From Malacoraja senta (Eukaryota), in the NCBI GenBank assembly GCA_038087875.1, contig CM075988.1, forward strand, positions 23,438,001-23,502,000: a stretch of DNA of 64,000 nucleotides, in the 5' to 3' direction. The notes beneath the pieces were generated by a model, which ran no database searches, was not told the DNA's origin, and saw only the letters and a list, made by a program, of their open reading frames with translations. Each line of letters starts with the position of its first letter. Position 1 is the first letter of the stretch. Shown here piece after piece: positions 50,119-62,737 of this stretch. Both the position numbers and the translations under genes were made by a program.

Positions 50119-50743
50119 CCTCATTGCTGGCAGCTGATGGGAAGCGGCTGTAAAGTGGGAAGTGGCTGTAAAAGGACAGCACCGCTGGGTGGGGGGGTGG
50201 AAAGAGTTCCTTTCACAGCGTGGGGAGTCTAGCCCGGGTCAGCACGGGCAGGAGCGTTGAGAAGGAGGGGGTCGGGGATCATGCCAGCAAATCACTCACC
50301 GCTGCCGCGGCACTCCGGAGGCGAAGCCACCGCATGTGGCCGGGGAGGGAAGTAGCTCGAGTGGCTGCGAGCGGCCGCCAGGACCGGACAGCGGAACCGG
50401 CCGCCACCACAGCACCTCCTGCCAGCCCGGGGATGCTGTCCGGTCCCAGCGGCCGCTCCCGTTTTGGCACTACTGATCCTTACGTTTCAATTTCCTATTT
50501 CCTTAGCACTCCCGTTTTTCCCCACCATCTATCCACCTGCCGTCACCCTCCACCCCCACCCATTCAGTCATTCAGAATGGAGGAGATCTGGAAGCCTTGG
50601 GCAAATTGAATTGTCACTTTTTTTATTTTTATAATTTACTTTTTTTTTTTAGCTTGAGAAATTCTATGTCCCGCCAGCCTTGTTTCAAAATTTAGCAACT
50701 CAAAATGGTGATGCGTCTTCATTGCCGGGAAATAGGGTACTTA

Positions 50744-50854
50744 TCTTCAGACGCAAGTCTGAAGAAGGGTCTCGACCCGAAACATCACCCATTCCTTCTC
50801 TCCAGAGATGCTGCCTGTCCCGCTGAGCTACTCCAGCATTTTGTGTCTACCTTC
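50744..50854 (+). mobile_element. Penelope-derived short element with a hammerhead-like core
   Basis: CTGAAGA-a-GGGTC-tc-GACCC-GAAAC-ATC at 50759-50786. The 5' end forms the hairpin tcttcagac-gcaa-gtctgaaga. Confidence 0.85.
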
Positions 50855-50985
50855 CAATGGTTACAAAACAAATTTTTAATTATAAAACTGCAAGGATTTA
50901 TTTTTAAATCACAAGGGCCCACTAGAAGGAGCATTTCAAATATTTCCTCAACCCTTTTCTCTTGAATGTTTAACAGACTCTAGTG

Positions 50986-52578
50986 CAAGGGTTCCCCAGT
51001 CTGGGGTAAATTTTGCCCACCCAGGGGGTAAATTTGTTGATTCTGGATACGTACATATTTTTTAAACATTATTTACTTTAGAGGTAGAAATGTTGTTTCC
51101 ACATCGAGCTAACCTTCATTGTTACATTTCTCCGTGACAATGTATTTCACCTCCGTGTCCAGTGCCTGAGCAGTTACCATAGTTACGGCATCTCTGTGAT
51201 TGCATTTCACTCCTTTTCTCCTGTCTGACTCTCGAAAGCTGAATGTTATCGTTCTTGTGAAAAACTTTATAACTCACATTACTTTTTTTCCTGCAGATTA
51301 TCGTGCAATCCCTCATGTAGAACAGGAAGAGAACTTATCTCGAGTCATACATGGACTTTGGCTTTGATTTAATCATTGCAGATGGTGTTCAGAAACCACA
51401 ATGTATTTTGTGTTCCAAAGTGCTGGGTAATCGGTCTCTGAAGCCTTCTATTCTGAAAGCTCACTTTACTTCTAGCCATCCAACACACGCAGACGACGAC
51501 CGGAAATCTTTGCTAGCCAAATGTGCTCGATTTCGTGCAGCTGGAACATTGCCCAGTCTAGGATTCGCGCCCGAAAATAAACCTGTTTTGGAAGCATCTT
51601 ATTGCGTCGCTCTGAGGATAGCAAAAGAAAAGAAACCTCATACAATTGGGGAAAAACTTGTGAAACCGTGTGCCATGGATATGGTTGAACTCGATTGTGG
51701 AAAAGCGAGGATGAAAGTTCAGAAAATTTAATTAGTGAACAATACGGTACAATCTCGTATTGGTGAGATGTCACGGGACATTCTAAGTCAGATCATGGAC
51801 GAAATTCAGGCTAGTCTGGCAAGAATCAGTCTCCTGTTGGATGAGTCAACTGACATGTCGAACTGTGCACAATTGCTGGTCTTTTGTCAATACGTGCATG
51901 CTGGTCAGTTGAAGGAATGTGCGAAGATTTGGAGGAGACAAAAGCGGTGGACATTCTGGACAAAATGGATAATTTCCTTGAACAGAATAATCTTTCATGG
52001 AATGTGGACAGATGGGGCTCCTGCCATGATCAGTGCCAGGTCTGGGTTTACAACACTTGTGAAAGAAAGAGCACCACACATTGTATCTTCCCTCTGTTCC
52101 TTCATCATCAATCACTGGCAAGCAAACCCCTTCTGGATTACTTGAAATTTGTTTTGATGTCACTGAATCTGTGAATTTTATCAGAGCACGAGCTCTCAAT
52201 CATCGCCTTTTTAAAGTGTTCTGAGAGCAGGTGGGATCAAAACACACCGCCCTCATCTACCACACTGACGAGCGATGGCTCTCGAGAGGCCTTGTTTTGT
52301 CTCTGGTTTTCGAATTGCGGACTGAAATGGAGATTTTTCTTCGAGAACAGAAATCCCCTTTGAGCGAACACTTTTGAGATAAGAAATTTATTGGTGCATT
52401 AGCTTACTTGACAGATATTTTTTCTCATTTAAATCAGCTCAATGTTCAAATGCAAGGATGGAGTGTTACTGTTATTCATGCACGGGATAAAGTGCGGGGC
52501 TTTCAGGCGAAATTGGATCTGTGGAGCCGGAGGGTTCAGAGCAGCAATAGAGCAAATTTTCCCAATTTCGTTTCCCCA
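50986..52578 (+). mobile_element. hAT (Buster/Charlie, ZBED5/SCAND3-like) transposon remnant, 3' end missing
   Basis: Left TIR caagggttccccagtctgggg follows the 8-mer ctcTAgtg. Transposase fragments KPQCILCSKVL, KKPHTIGEKLVKPC, LDESTD, TDGAPAM, RWLSRG and LAYLTDIFSHLN contain stops and frameshifts. Confidence 0.88.
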
Positions 52579-52579
52579 A

Positions 52580-53885
52580 AGGTGCCAGGCCTGTATTGCA
52601 GCCATCTTGAGCTAAAGCTTGTTTTGGGGGCGTCCCCTTCAGTCTTCTCTTCAGTATATAAAAGACATGCTCAATTGGATTCAGATCGGATGATTGACTT
52701 GGCCACTCAATAATTTACCATTTTTTAGCTTTGAAAAACTCCTTTGTTGTTTTAGCAGTATGTTTGGGATCATTGTCTTGCTGTAGAATGAACCGGCAGC
52801 CAATGGGTTTTGAGGCATTTGTTTGAACTTGAGCAGATAGGATGTGTCTATACACTTCAGAATTCCTTATGCTACTACCATCAGCAGTTGTATCATCAAT
52901 GAAGATAAGTGAACCAGTACCTAGAGCAGCCATTCATGCCCAGGCCATAACACCCCCACCACCATGTTTCACAGATGAGGTGGTATGCTTTGGATCTTGA
53001 GCAGTTCCTTCTCTCCTCCATACTTTGCTCTTGCCATCACTCTGATATAAGTTAATCTTTGTCTCATCTGTCCACAAGACCCATTTACAGAATAGTGGTT
53101 GCTCTTTTAAGTACTTCTTGGCAAACTGTAACCTGGCCATTCTATTTTTGTGGCTAACCAGTGGTTTGCATCTTGCTGTGTAGCCTCTATTTCTGTTCAT
53201 GAAGTCTTCTGCGGACAGTGGTCATTGAAAAATCCACACATGACTCCTGAAGAGTGTTTCTGATCTGTCAGACAGGTGTTTGGGGATTTTTCTTTATTAT
53301 AGAGAGAATTTTGTCTGTCATCAGCTGTGCAGATCTTCGTTGGCCTGACAGTCTGTTTGCGATTAGTAAGCTCACCAGTGCTCTCTTTCTTCTTAATGAT
53401 GTTCCAAACAGTTGATTTTGGTAAGCCTAAGGTTTGGCTGATGTCTCCAACAGATTTATTCTTGACTCTCAGTCTCATAATGGCTTCTTTGACTTTCATT
53501 GGCACAACTTTGGTCCTCGTGTTAATAAACAGCAATAAGAGGTGATGGAAAGACTGGAGGAAAGACTAGATGTTGAGAGTTCTCTTATACCTGTATTAAG
53601 GAGGCATTTAAACACCCTGAGCAATTACATACACCTGTGAATCCATGTGCCCTAAACATTATGGTACCCTGAAATTGGGGGGGGGGGGGGGGGGGGGCTA
53701 TGTATAAAAGCAGCTATAATTTCTACATGATAAAACCAAAATATATAAAAATGGCCTTTAATAAAATCTGATAATGTGCACTTTAACCACGTGTGATTTT
53801 TTTCTATTACAAACATCAAATTGTGGAGTACAAAAGCAAATAAATAAATGATGAGTCTTTGTCCCTAACATTATGGAAGGCACTG
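52580..53885 (-). mobile_element. Tc1-like transposon, one TIR only, fragmented transposase
   Basis: HTH-like ISQTLGLPKSTVWNIIKK; catalytic motifs WTDE, QQDNDPKH and DLNPIEH. The TIR ends ggcactg|TA at 53885. Confidence 0.92.
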
Positions 53886-56144
53886 TATCCACTCTCTCTG
53901 GTCCAGAAACATTTTTTCTTTACTCATGCAACAGATTCATGAATTCCTTTCTGCTGAAACTGTGCTATTTTCAGTGGCCAGCTCTCAATTACATTATTTT
54001 CCCTCATTGAGTTCTCTGCCCTCCTGTAACCTCCAATACAGAAGCAGATGTGCAAAAGCTACTTTGCTCACTAATTTCTGGGCCCGATCTAACTGATCAA
54101 ATCAGTTCAGAGTTCAAAAGCCCTATTCATATTCTTTTGGTTTAGCAAAGTTGAAAATATTTATATTATCCTGAGCATATTAAAGGCTCATTAATCTCAC
54201 GTGAAAATCAAATCTCAAGAGTAATTTAGGACACTATTAAGGAAATGGAGGAAGATTCAATAGAAAGTAAATCACATTCTCTTTGGCAATTAAAGAACAA
54301 ATATACAGTGCAATTTCACATGGCCAATTCTCCATAGAGGCAATGTTGCATTCAATGAGTCTTGAAAATTGTGTATAACAGAGAACATGTGCTTCCATTC
54401 AGGAAGCTAAAAAGTAGCCAGCAAGAAAAATCCTGGACACTTGTGCACTTCATTCTAATAACTGAGCCTACATTTTCATAGCTGTAGCAGGAGCCTTCAA
54501 GACCTTGTTAGTTGGCATAGATGATATATGCTGGGAGTCAACAGAGTTATCTCAGGTCAGTATACGATTAGCCTTATCTACCACCCCATCTATTTACTAA
54601 CCATCACACAATTTTCACAGGCCAAGGTTAAAATTATAGCACAAAAATCATAAACCTATAAAAACTGTTATTTACTGAGCAATCCAGGACATCTAGTAAA
54701 ACATAGGCAGTAAAATCAATTTGGTTAATTTCAAATTGAATCACGCTTCAACAGTATTTAAACGTCTAATTGGTCATGAACAAACTATAATTTAGTTGCT
54801 AATCATCATCCTAAAAATACTCCTAAATCTGTATGGATCCTTCTAGTGCTCCTTCCACTACTTCTGCATTTGCAACATGTGCTTAGCTGGGAGGTCAATG
54901 GAGTTTAGCTAATCTTCAAATTGTTTCTCAATGCAAGCCATGAATTTAATTATCTGTTCAGTCAGTTGTAATAACCCTCAGCAGCTAGAATTTTCATGTA
55001 GAAGTTTTTAACCCCAGGACAAAGAATGTATGATTTTAAAAGACCAGCAGTTTGTTGCAATGTTATTCCCGTTATAATTCTAATGTCCAAACTTCAAAGA
55101 AACTAACACCGCAATCAGAATGGATGGCACTGCCATCTAAGTATACATTAAATGCTGAACACAAACTTAACTCTTAACACTACAACATCTCATTTTAATT
55201 CTACACAGAGGTGAATACCATAATTATTGACCTCCCTTCTCATCAAATAAATATTTCTAAAACTCTTGTATCTGATTTTGCTCCAACCCAAATAGAAATG
55301 ATACTCCATTTGATGGAATAAAATGTGTACCTAAGTGAAGTGTATTCTCAAGCACAACTGAATTTACTACAAAAAATAACTTCTCTTCATTTGAACAGGG
55401 AATTTAATATTTGCTGTTCATTTAAACGAGGGGTATAAGGATAACATAATTAAAACGCTTTGCAGTGTTACTGACAAAAGATGAAAATGTCAAAGCTGAA
55501 AACCATCAGATTTCAGTCATGCAATAAGTTAGAAATGACACAAAAAGCTGGAGTAACTCAGCGGGACGGGCAGCTTTAAACCAGCGTCTGCAGTTCCTTC
55601 TGACACAAGTTAGTGAGGAAGTGAACAGATCCAATTTTTTTTTTTTTTTTTAATTTATAGGCCTGGTGAAATTCAGATAAATGAAGATCATCAACAATTC
55701 TAATCTCATTCTCTTACCTAACCATAGAGTGGTGTAGAGCACAGTCTGTCTCCATCAACCTCAATCTGCTATTTTAGTAGACCCCAAGATTAGGATCTTC
55801 AAACATACATTTCCTAACATATGCAAATTGTGACCTGAAGAAATAGCCTTCAGATCAGTACACAATTATTACAGTAGGTTTGTTAAATCAACATGCATCT
55901 TTCATGTAAAATTCTAAAACTGCAAAGAGATACTTCCCCAAATACTACAAAAATATGCCACATATTTTTAATGCCAAAAATATACTAAACGTTTCAGAAA
56001 AAAGTCAGAATCAGTTTACCACAATAAATTGCATATTAATGAAAATACTTCAGTTGAAATAGTTTAGGCTCCACATGTGAATATAAAATCATTCCCAACT
56101 ATTGTCCTTGAGAGCTAGGGAGAACACAATAGAAAGAGCAACCA

Positions 56145-56990
56145 GTGGGATCACCAGCCATCACATACAACAAGTAATCCTCCGTCAGTTTCGCCACCTC
56201 CAACGTGACCCCACCACTCGCCACATCTTCCCATCTCCCCCCATGTCTGCCTTCCGCAAAGACCGCTCCCTCCGTAACTCCCTTGTCAATTCTTCCCTTC
56301 CCTCCCGTACCACCCGCACCCCGAGCACTTTCCCTTGCAACCGCAAGAGATGCAACACTTGTCCCTTCACCCTCCCCCCCCCCCCCCCCGACTCCATTCA
56401 AGGACCCAAGCAGTCGTTCCAGGTGCGACAGAGGTTCACCTGCATCTCCTCCAACCTCATCTATTGCATCCGCTGCTCTAGATGTCAGCTGATCTACATC
56501 GGGGAGACCAAGCGGAGGCTTGCCGATCGTTTCGCCGAACACCTCCGTTCGGTCCGCAATAACCAACCTGACCTCCTGGTGGCTCAGCACTTCAACTCCC
56601 CCTCCCATTCCATATCCGACCTCTCTGTCCTGGGTCTCCTCCATGGCCAGAGCGAGCAACACCGGAAATTGGAGGAAATGCACCTCATATTCCGCTTGGG
56701 TAGTTTGCATCCTGGGGGCATGAACATTGAATTCTCCCAATTTTGCTAGCCCTTGCTGTCTCCTCCCCTTCCTCAGCCCTCGGGCTGTCTCCTCCCATCC
56801 CTCAGCCCTCGGGCTCCTCCTCTGCCTTTTTCCTTTCTTCTCCCCACCCCCCATCAGTCTGAAGAAGGGTTTCGGCCAGAAATGTTGCCTATTTCCTTCG
56901 CTCCATAGATGCTGCTGCACCCGCTGAGTTTCTCCAGCATTTTTGTGTACCTTCGATTTTCCAGCATCTGCAGTTCCTTCTTAAACACGT
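56145..56990 (+). mobile_element. Penelope-like element 3' part: GIY-YIG endonuclease plus 3' UTR with a hammerhead-like core
   Basis: ORF 56102-56749 contains CNRKRCNTC and NLIYCIRCSRCQLIYIGETKRRLADRFAEH. The UTR has CTGAAGA-a-GGGT-TTCG-GCCA-GAAAtGTT at 56859-56886, followed by sequence related to the short-element family. Confidence 0.92.
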
Positions 56991-58485
56991 GATACAGTAT
57001 TTATTGCTTTCCAAAAAAAGTAACAAATTCCTCAGAAAATCATGCATATATTTCACCTCTGATTTCACTATTCAAAGCAAAACTGTAGTCAATTCCTAAA
57101 TTGAATGACTCAGTATAAAAAGCTCCCTTTTCCATCACTGCTCCAGCTTTCCTTGATTAAAAGGGTACAGCTAGATTAGATGTTCATTTCCACCTGTGCT
57201 GAATTGGTCTACACTCTAAACAAAACATGATACATTTATTTTTAAGGCTGCAGGAGCACATCCCTGGCAACATTTATTACCCATTTCTAATTATCTGCAA
57301 GGTAGTAACCCACCTAATTGAAACACTGAAGCGCTTGTGAACATATTTCCACAATATATGCTATTATGTGAAGATTTAAATCCATCAACGAGGAAGGCAT
57401 GCAATATATAGTTATACTTTAATAAATGGTGAACATTGCAGCTGTGATGTAATGGCTATGATTGGAATGAATATTTAGGGAGTTGTTTGGGGTACCAATC
57501 AAGCAGGCTGGCAGGCGGCATGGTGTTAAGTTTCCCTAATGTTATTGGTCCAGTACTCATGCAAGTGGACAATATTTCATCATGTTCTTGACGTAGATAA
57601 TGGAAAGGCTCAGAAGAGTTGCTTGCTGCAGGATTTTGACTCAGACAGTACTTTAGACACACAGGCAACTGCATGGCATTTAAGGAAATCGCAATTCCAA
57701 AATCATCATTCTGCAGGGAAAGCACCACCACATGTTCAAACTATGTGCATAAAGCAGAACCATTGAATTTGGTCAATAATCTAATTTTGTCTTTGAGGAA
57801 TTAAATACAAGATGTGAATGCTACATAACTAAAAGGGAACTCCACATTCACCAGAGCTTGCTATATAATCTTCTCAGCTCTATGGTTCAGACTTTATACA
57901 ACTTCGGTTGCTTTCATTTAAAAACAATTAAAAGGCCTTGGTCCAGAGTGGCTACATTTGAAGTAAATTGTAATGACATCTGAAAGAACTCAAAGCTGTG
58001 CTTTGTCCACTGCACTGTTCAAAAATGCTGTTGCAAGAAACTCATTGAGCATGAGAACTAGAAATTTACTCAAGGCGAATCCAAACACAGCCAGATTGAA
58101 CCCAATAAACATGAGTACTTAATTTTTTTCTCCATACTCATCACTGCATTTATAATATCAATTGAGCTGTCCAATTACAAGATATCAAATAAATGTACAT
58201 AAAACACAAATTTCTTGTTTGGCTTTCGTACTAATGAAATCATCCTCTTCGGAATAGGCATTGAACTTGGCTGGCACAGTATGGCCAAACTCAAAGCCAA
58301 AATGTTTTATCACAATATATGGTTGACCCTAACAGACAGATAACTCTCATTAGGCATAGGTTAGGTAGCAGGCTATAATATCAAAGAAAATACTAGAAAT
58401 ACTCGGGTGAGGCAGTATCAATGACAAGATTAATAGATCTAATGTTTCAGTCTGAAGACGCATTAAAACTTTTCTGGTTCTCATA

Positions 58486-60714
58486 CAGTGCCCTCCAGGA
58501 CGAAGACCCATCATTTATTTATTTGCCTCTGTATTCCACAATTTGAGATTTGTAATAGAAAAAAATCACATTTGTTAAAGTACACATTGTCAGATTTTAA
58601 TAAAGGTCATTTTTATAAATTTGGGTTTACACCATGTAGAAATTACAGTTTATACATAGTCCCCCCATTTCAGGGCACCATAATGTTTGGGACACAACAG
58701 TGTCATGCAAATGAAAGTAGTCATGTTTAGCATTTTGTTGCATATCCTTTGCATGCAATGACTGCTTGAAGTCTGCGATTCATGGACATCACCAGTTGCT
58801 GGGTGAATTATCTGGTGATGCTCTGCCAGGCCTGTATTGCAGCCAACTTTAGCTTATGCTTGTTTTGGGAGGCTAGTCCCCTTCAGTTTTCTCTTCAGCA
58901 TATAAAAGGCATGCTCAATTGGGTTCAGATCGGGTGATTGACTTAGCCACTCAAGAATTGGCCGTTTTTTAAGCAGCATATTTTGGATCATTGTCTTGGA
59001 GTAGAATGAACCGCCGGCCAATGAGTTTCGAGGCATTTGTTTGAACTTGAGCAGATAGGATGTGTCTATACACTTGAGAATTTATTATGCTACTACCATC
59101 AGCAGTTGTATCGTCAATGAAGATAAATGAGCCAGTACCTTCAGCAGCCATACATGCCCAGGCCATAACACCCCCACCACCATGTTTCACAGATGAGGTG
59201 GTATGCTTTGGATCTTGGGCAGTTCCTTCTCTCCTCTGTACCTTGCTCTTGCCATCATTCTGATACAAGTTAATCTTCGTCTCATCTGTCCACAAGACCT
59301 TTTCCAGAACTGTGGCTGCTCTTTTAAGTACTTCTTGGCAAACTGTAGCCCTGGCCATCCTATTTTTGCAGCTAACCAGTTGTGCATCGTGCAGTGTAGT
59401 CTCTGTATTTCTGTTCATTAAGTCTTCTGCAGATGGTGGTCATTGACAAATCCACATCCGACTCCTGAAGAGTGCTTTTGATCTGTTAGACAGGTGTTTG
59501 GGGATTTTTCTTTATTATAGAGAGAATTCTTCTGTCATCAGCTGTGGAGGTCTTCCTTGGACTGCCAGTCCTTTTGCGATTAGTAAGCTCACCAGTGCTC
59601 TCTTTCTTCTCAATGATGTTCCAAACAGTTGATTTTGGTACGCCTATGGTTTGGCTGATGTCTCTTAACAGTTTTATTCTTGTTTCTCAGTCTCATAATG
59701 GCTTCTTTGACTTTCATTGGCACAACTTTGGTCCTCATGTTGATAAACAGCAATAAATGTTTCCAAAGGTGATTGGTAATAATTAAAAATAATAATAATA
59801 ATAATAATAAACTATTTCGGACTCAAGGTCCAGACAAGGGACATTACATAAAAATACATTGCATATAGAAACATCATAAAATACATATAAAATCTTAGTA
59901 TATCACTTATAAAAGCATCATAAATTATATATTAAGAAAAAATACCAATACATGATTTAAAAACCAGAATAAAAAAGAAAAATCAGTGTCCTACAATGAG
60001 ACAGCGATACCAGTGTCTCCACAACTGGGATTCGTAGCGTGTAGTGCTAAACCTTATGTTTGACAAGGCCACAATAATTTCATTTTTAGAGTCATTTATC
60101 CCGCAGATGAATTTATACATATGATTTCTTAGAATAGCTTCTAAAGTACTGACCCCTGCAGCCACAAAAAAGGTTACTAGCCCTAAACCATCTAGGTTTC
60201 CTTAGCAGTGTTCTCATGTCATCATTATAGGCCACCTTTAGTCTCTGCAAACTTGTCTTTCCGTAGTTCGACCACAGGTGCGCAGTATAGAGTGGTGTGC
60301 AATATGCTCAAAACAGGGACATCTTCACCACACGCACCAAACTTACGCAAGAGAATATTTGCCTGTACATACAGCATACGTCGTTGCCGGATAGACTGCA
60401 GGAAAGACTAGGTGATGAGAGCTCTCTTTTACCTGCATTAAGGAGGCAATTAAACACACCTCAGCAATTCCAAACACATGTGAAGCCATGTGTCCTAAAC
60501 ATTATGGTGCCCTGAAATGGGGGGGGACTATGTATAAACATAGCTGTAATTTCTACATGACGAAACCAAAATGTATAAAAAATACCCTTTAATAAAATCT
60601 GACAATGTGCACTTTAACCACATGTGATTTTTTTCTATAACAAATCTCAAATTGTGGAGTACAGAGGCAAATAAATAAATGATGGGTCTGTCTCAAACAT
60701 TATGGAGGGCATTG
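58486..60714 (-). mobile_element. Complete-length Tc1-like (IR/DR type) transposon, decayed, carrying a LINE insert
   Basis: TA|cagtgccctcc ... ggagggcattg|TA. TIRs of about 210 bp include an inner repeat ccataatgtttgggaca. Transposase fragments at 58854-59418 contain WTDE, QDNDPK and QSPDLNPIEH. Confidence 0.93.
59778..60390 (-). mobile_element. 5'-truncated LINE (RTE-X-like) inserted in the Tc1
   Basis: Homologous to about 62680-63340; (TTA)n tail at 59778-59810; AAGVSTLEAILRNHMYKF. Confidence 0.85.
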
Positions 60715-61287
60715 TATTTCAACACAAAATATTAACTCTTGTTTCTCCTTTCACTTATGCTGTCTGACTTGCTGGACTAGACTGGTTGGGTGGCAATACA
60801 AGTGGCAAATGTTAATTAACACATTTGTGGAAGGGAAACAAAAAAAGGCAAAGCAATACACAAGGTGGTCGTGATGGTGAAAAATACATTGGAGATGCTC
60901 GCTGTTTTGAACAAGGAACAAAAGATAAGGACAGAGGAGTCAAGCTGGAACTGAGTAAAATACTAGTTCAACTAGAACTAGAGTCCTGTGCATGATTCTG
61001 GCCACCATGAATGTGAAAGGATCAGAGATCAAGACTGGATTTAAGAATAGAAGGAAAGTTGAAATATGTTCATAAAAAGAATGTGGGGTGTGGAATGTGG
61101 TGCCTGAAACGATGAAGATTCAAAAAATAAATACATCTTTACACATTAGAGTTAACAGATGAGATACAGAAAGAGATTACCAAGATCAAAGAATTTTAAA
61201 TGTGGAGTGCGAACAGACAGCCTTTTTTTTTTGGTCAAGGATGCTCATAGAAGATTTAATTCAGATGTTTTAATTTAAGATACAGGT

Positions 61288-62093
61288 ACATAGATACATA
61301 GAAAATAGGTGCAGGAGTAGGCCATTCGGCCCTTCGACCCTGCACCGCCATTCAATATGATCATGGCTGATCATCCAACACAGTTTCCCGTACCTGCCTT
61401 CTCTCCATACCCCCTGATCCCTTTAGCCACATGGGCCACATCTAACTCCCTCTTAAATATAGCCAATGAACTGGCCTCAACTACCCTCTGTGGCAGAGAG
61501 TTCCAGAGATTCGCCACTCTCTGTGTGAAAAATGTTTTTCTCATCTTGGTCTTAAAGGATTTCCCCCTTATCCTTAAGCTGTGACCCCTTGTCCTGGACT
61601 TCCCCAACATCGGGAACAATCTTCCTGCATCTAGCCTGTCCAACCCCATAAGAATTTTGTAAGTTTCTATAAGATCCCCTCTCAATCTCCTAAATTCTAG
61701 CGAGTATAAGCCGAGTCTATCCAGTCTTTCTTCATATGAAAGTCCTGACATCCCAGGAATCAGTCTGGTGAACCTTCTCTGCACTCCCTCTATGGCAATA
61801 ATGTCCTTCCTGAGATTTGGAGACCAAAACTGTACGCAATACTCCAGGTGTGGTCTCACCAAGACCCTGTACAACTGCAGTAGAACCTCCCTGCTCCTAT
61901 ACTCAAATCCTTTTGCTATGAATGCTAACATACCATTCGCTTTCTTCACTGCCTGCTGCACCTGCATGCCTACTTTCAATGACTGGTGTACCATGACACC
62001 CAGGTCTCGCTGCATCTCCCCTTTTCCTAATCGGCCACCATTTAGATAATAGTCTGCTTTCCTGTTTTTGTCACCAAAGTGGATAACCTCACA
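61288..62093 (-). mobile_element. Young 5'-truncated CR1
   Basis: ORF 61371-62015 is near-identical to the C-terminus of the other CR1 copies, with a catagatacatagaaa tail. Confidence 0.94.
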
Positions 62094-62339
62094 GGTGAAC
62101 TGAAAGATTCATTTACAGGCAGCAGAGAACAAAACTGGATTTAAGAATGATGGAATCTAGAAGGTACCATCTGAAAGGACAAAGATGACAGAAAATTAAA
62201 AAATGTTTACATATATTAAAATATATTGTCATATACAAGTCCTAAAAGACTAAAGTCAGGATTGTTCACACATCCATCAGTTCCTCTTTTCTAAACATTA
62301 TCAGTTCAAATAAATTAGTTGTTGACAGTTAACCACGAG

Positions 62340-62523
62340 TCCAACTTTCTCATCCACTCTCTGTCTGTGGGATGTGGGTGGAAACCGGTGCACATAGAGA
62401 AAACCCACACAGTCACACGGAGAACGTACAAACACTGCACAGACAGCATCTGAGGTCCGGATCAAACCCGGGTCTCTGGCACTGTGAGGCAACAGTTCTA
62501 CCAGCTGTGCCACTGTGCTGCCC
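62340..62523 (-). mobile_element. tRNA-derived V-SINE (HE1-like), 5' portion
   Basis: Minus strand gggcagcacagTGGCACAGCTGG (A box)...gacccgGGTTTGATCC (B box), then tttgtacgttctcc...gtgtgggttttctc...ggtttcc...ccacatcc, a V-domain-like segment. Confidence 0.75.
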
Positions 62524-62737
62524 ACTTTTTAAAAAACAGCTTTTATTTTTTTTAAATTAATTTTTGAAATGAAGACAGAAGATTAAACCAACACAATAAT
62601 TACTGTAACTAACTCCCTTCAGATCATAATGTGACCTTAGGATGCAAGTCATTTCTCAAGAAATTTACTCCCTCAGTAATCCATCATCAAAATCTGCCAA
62701 TGGAACTCAATGCAACCTCCAAAAATGTCTTAACTTT

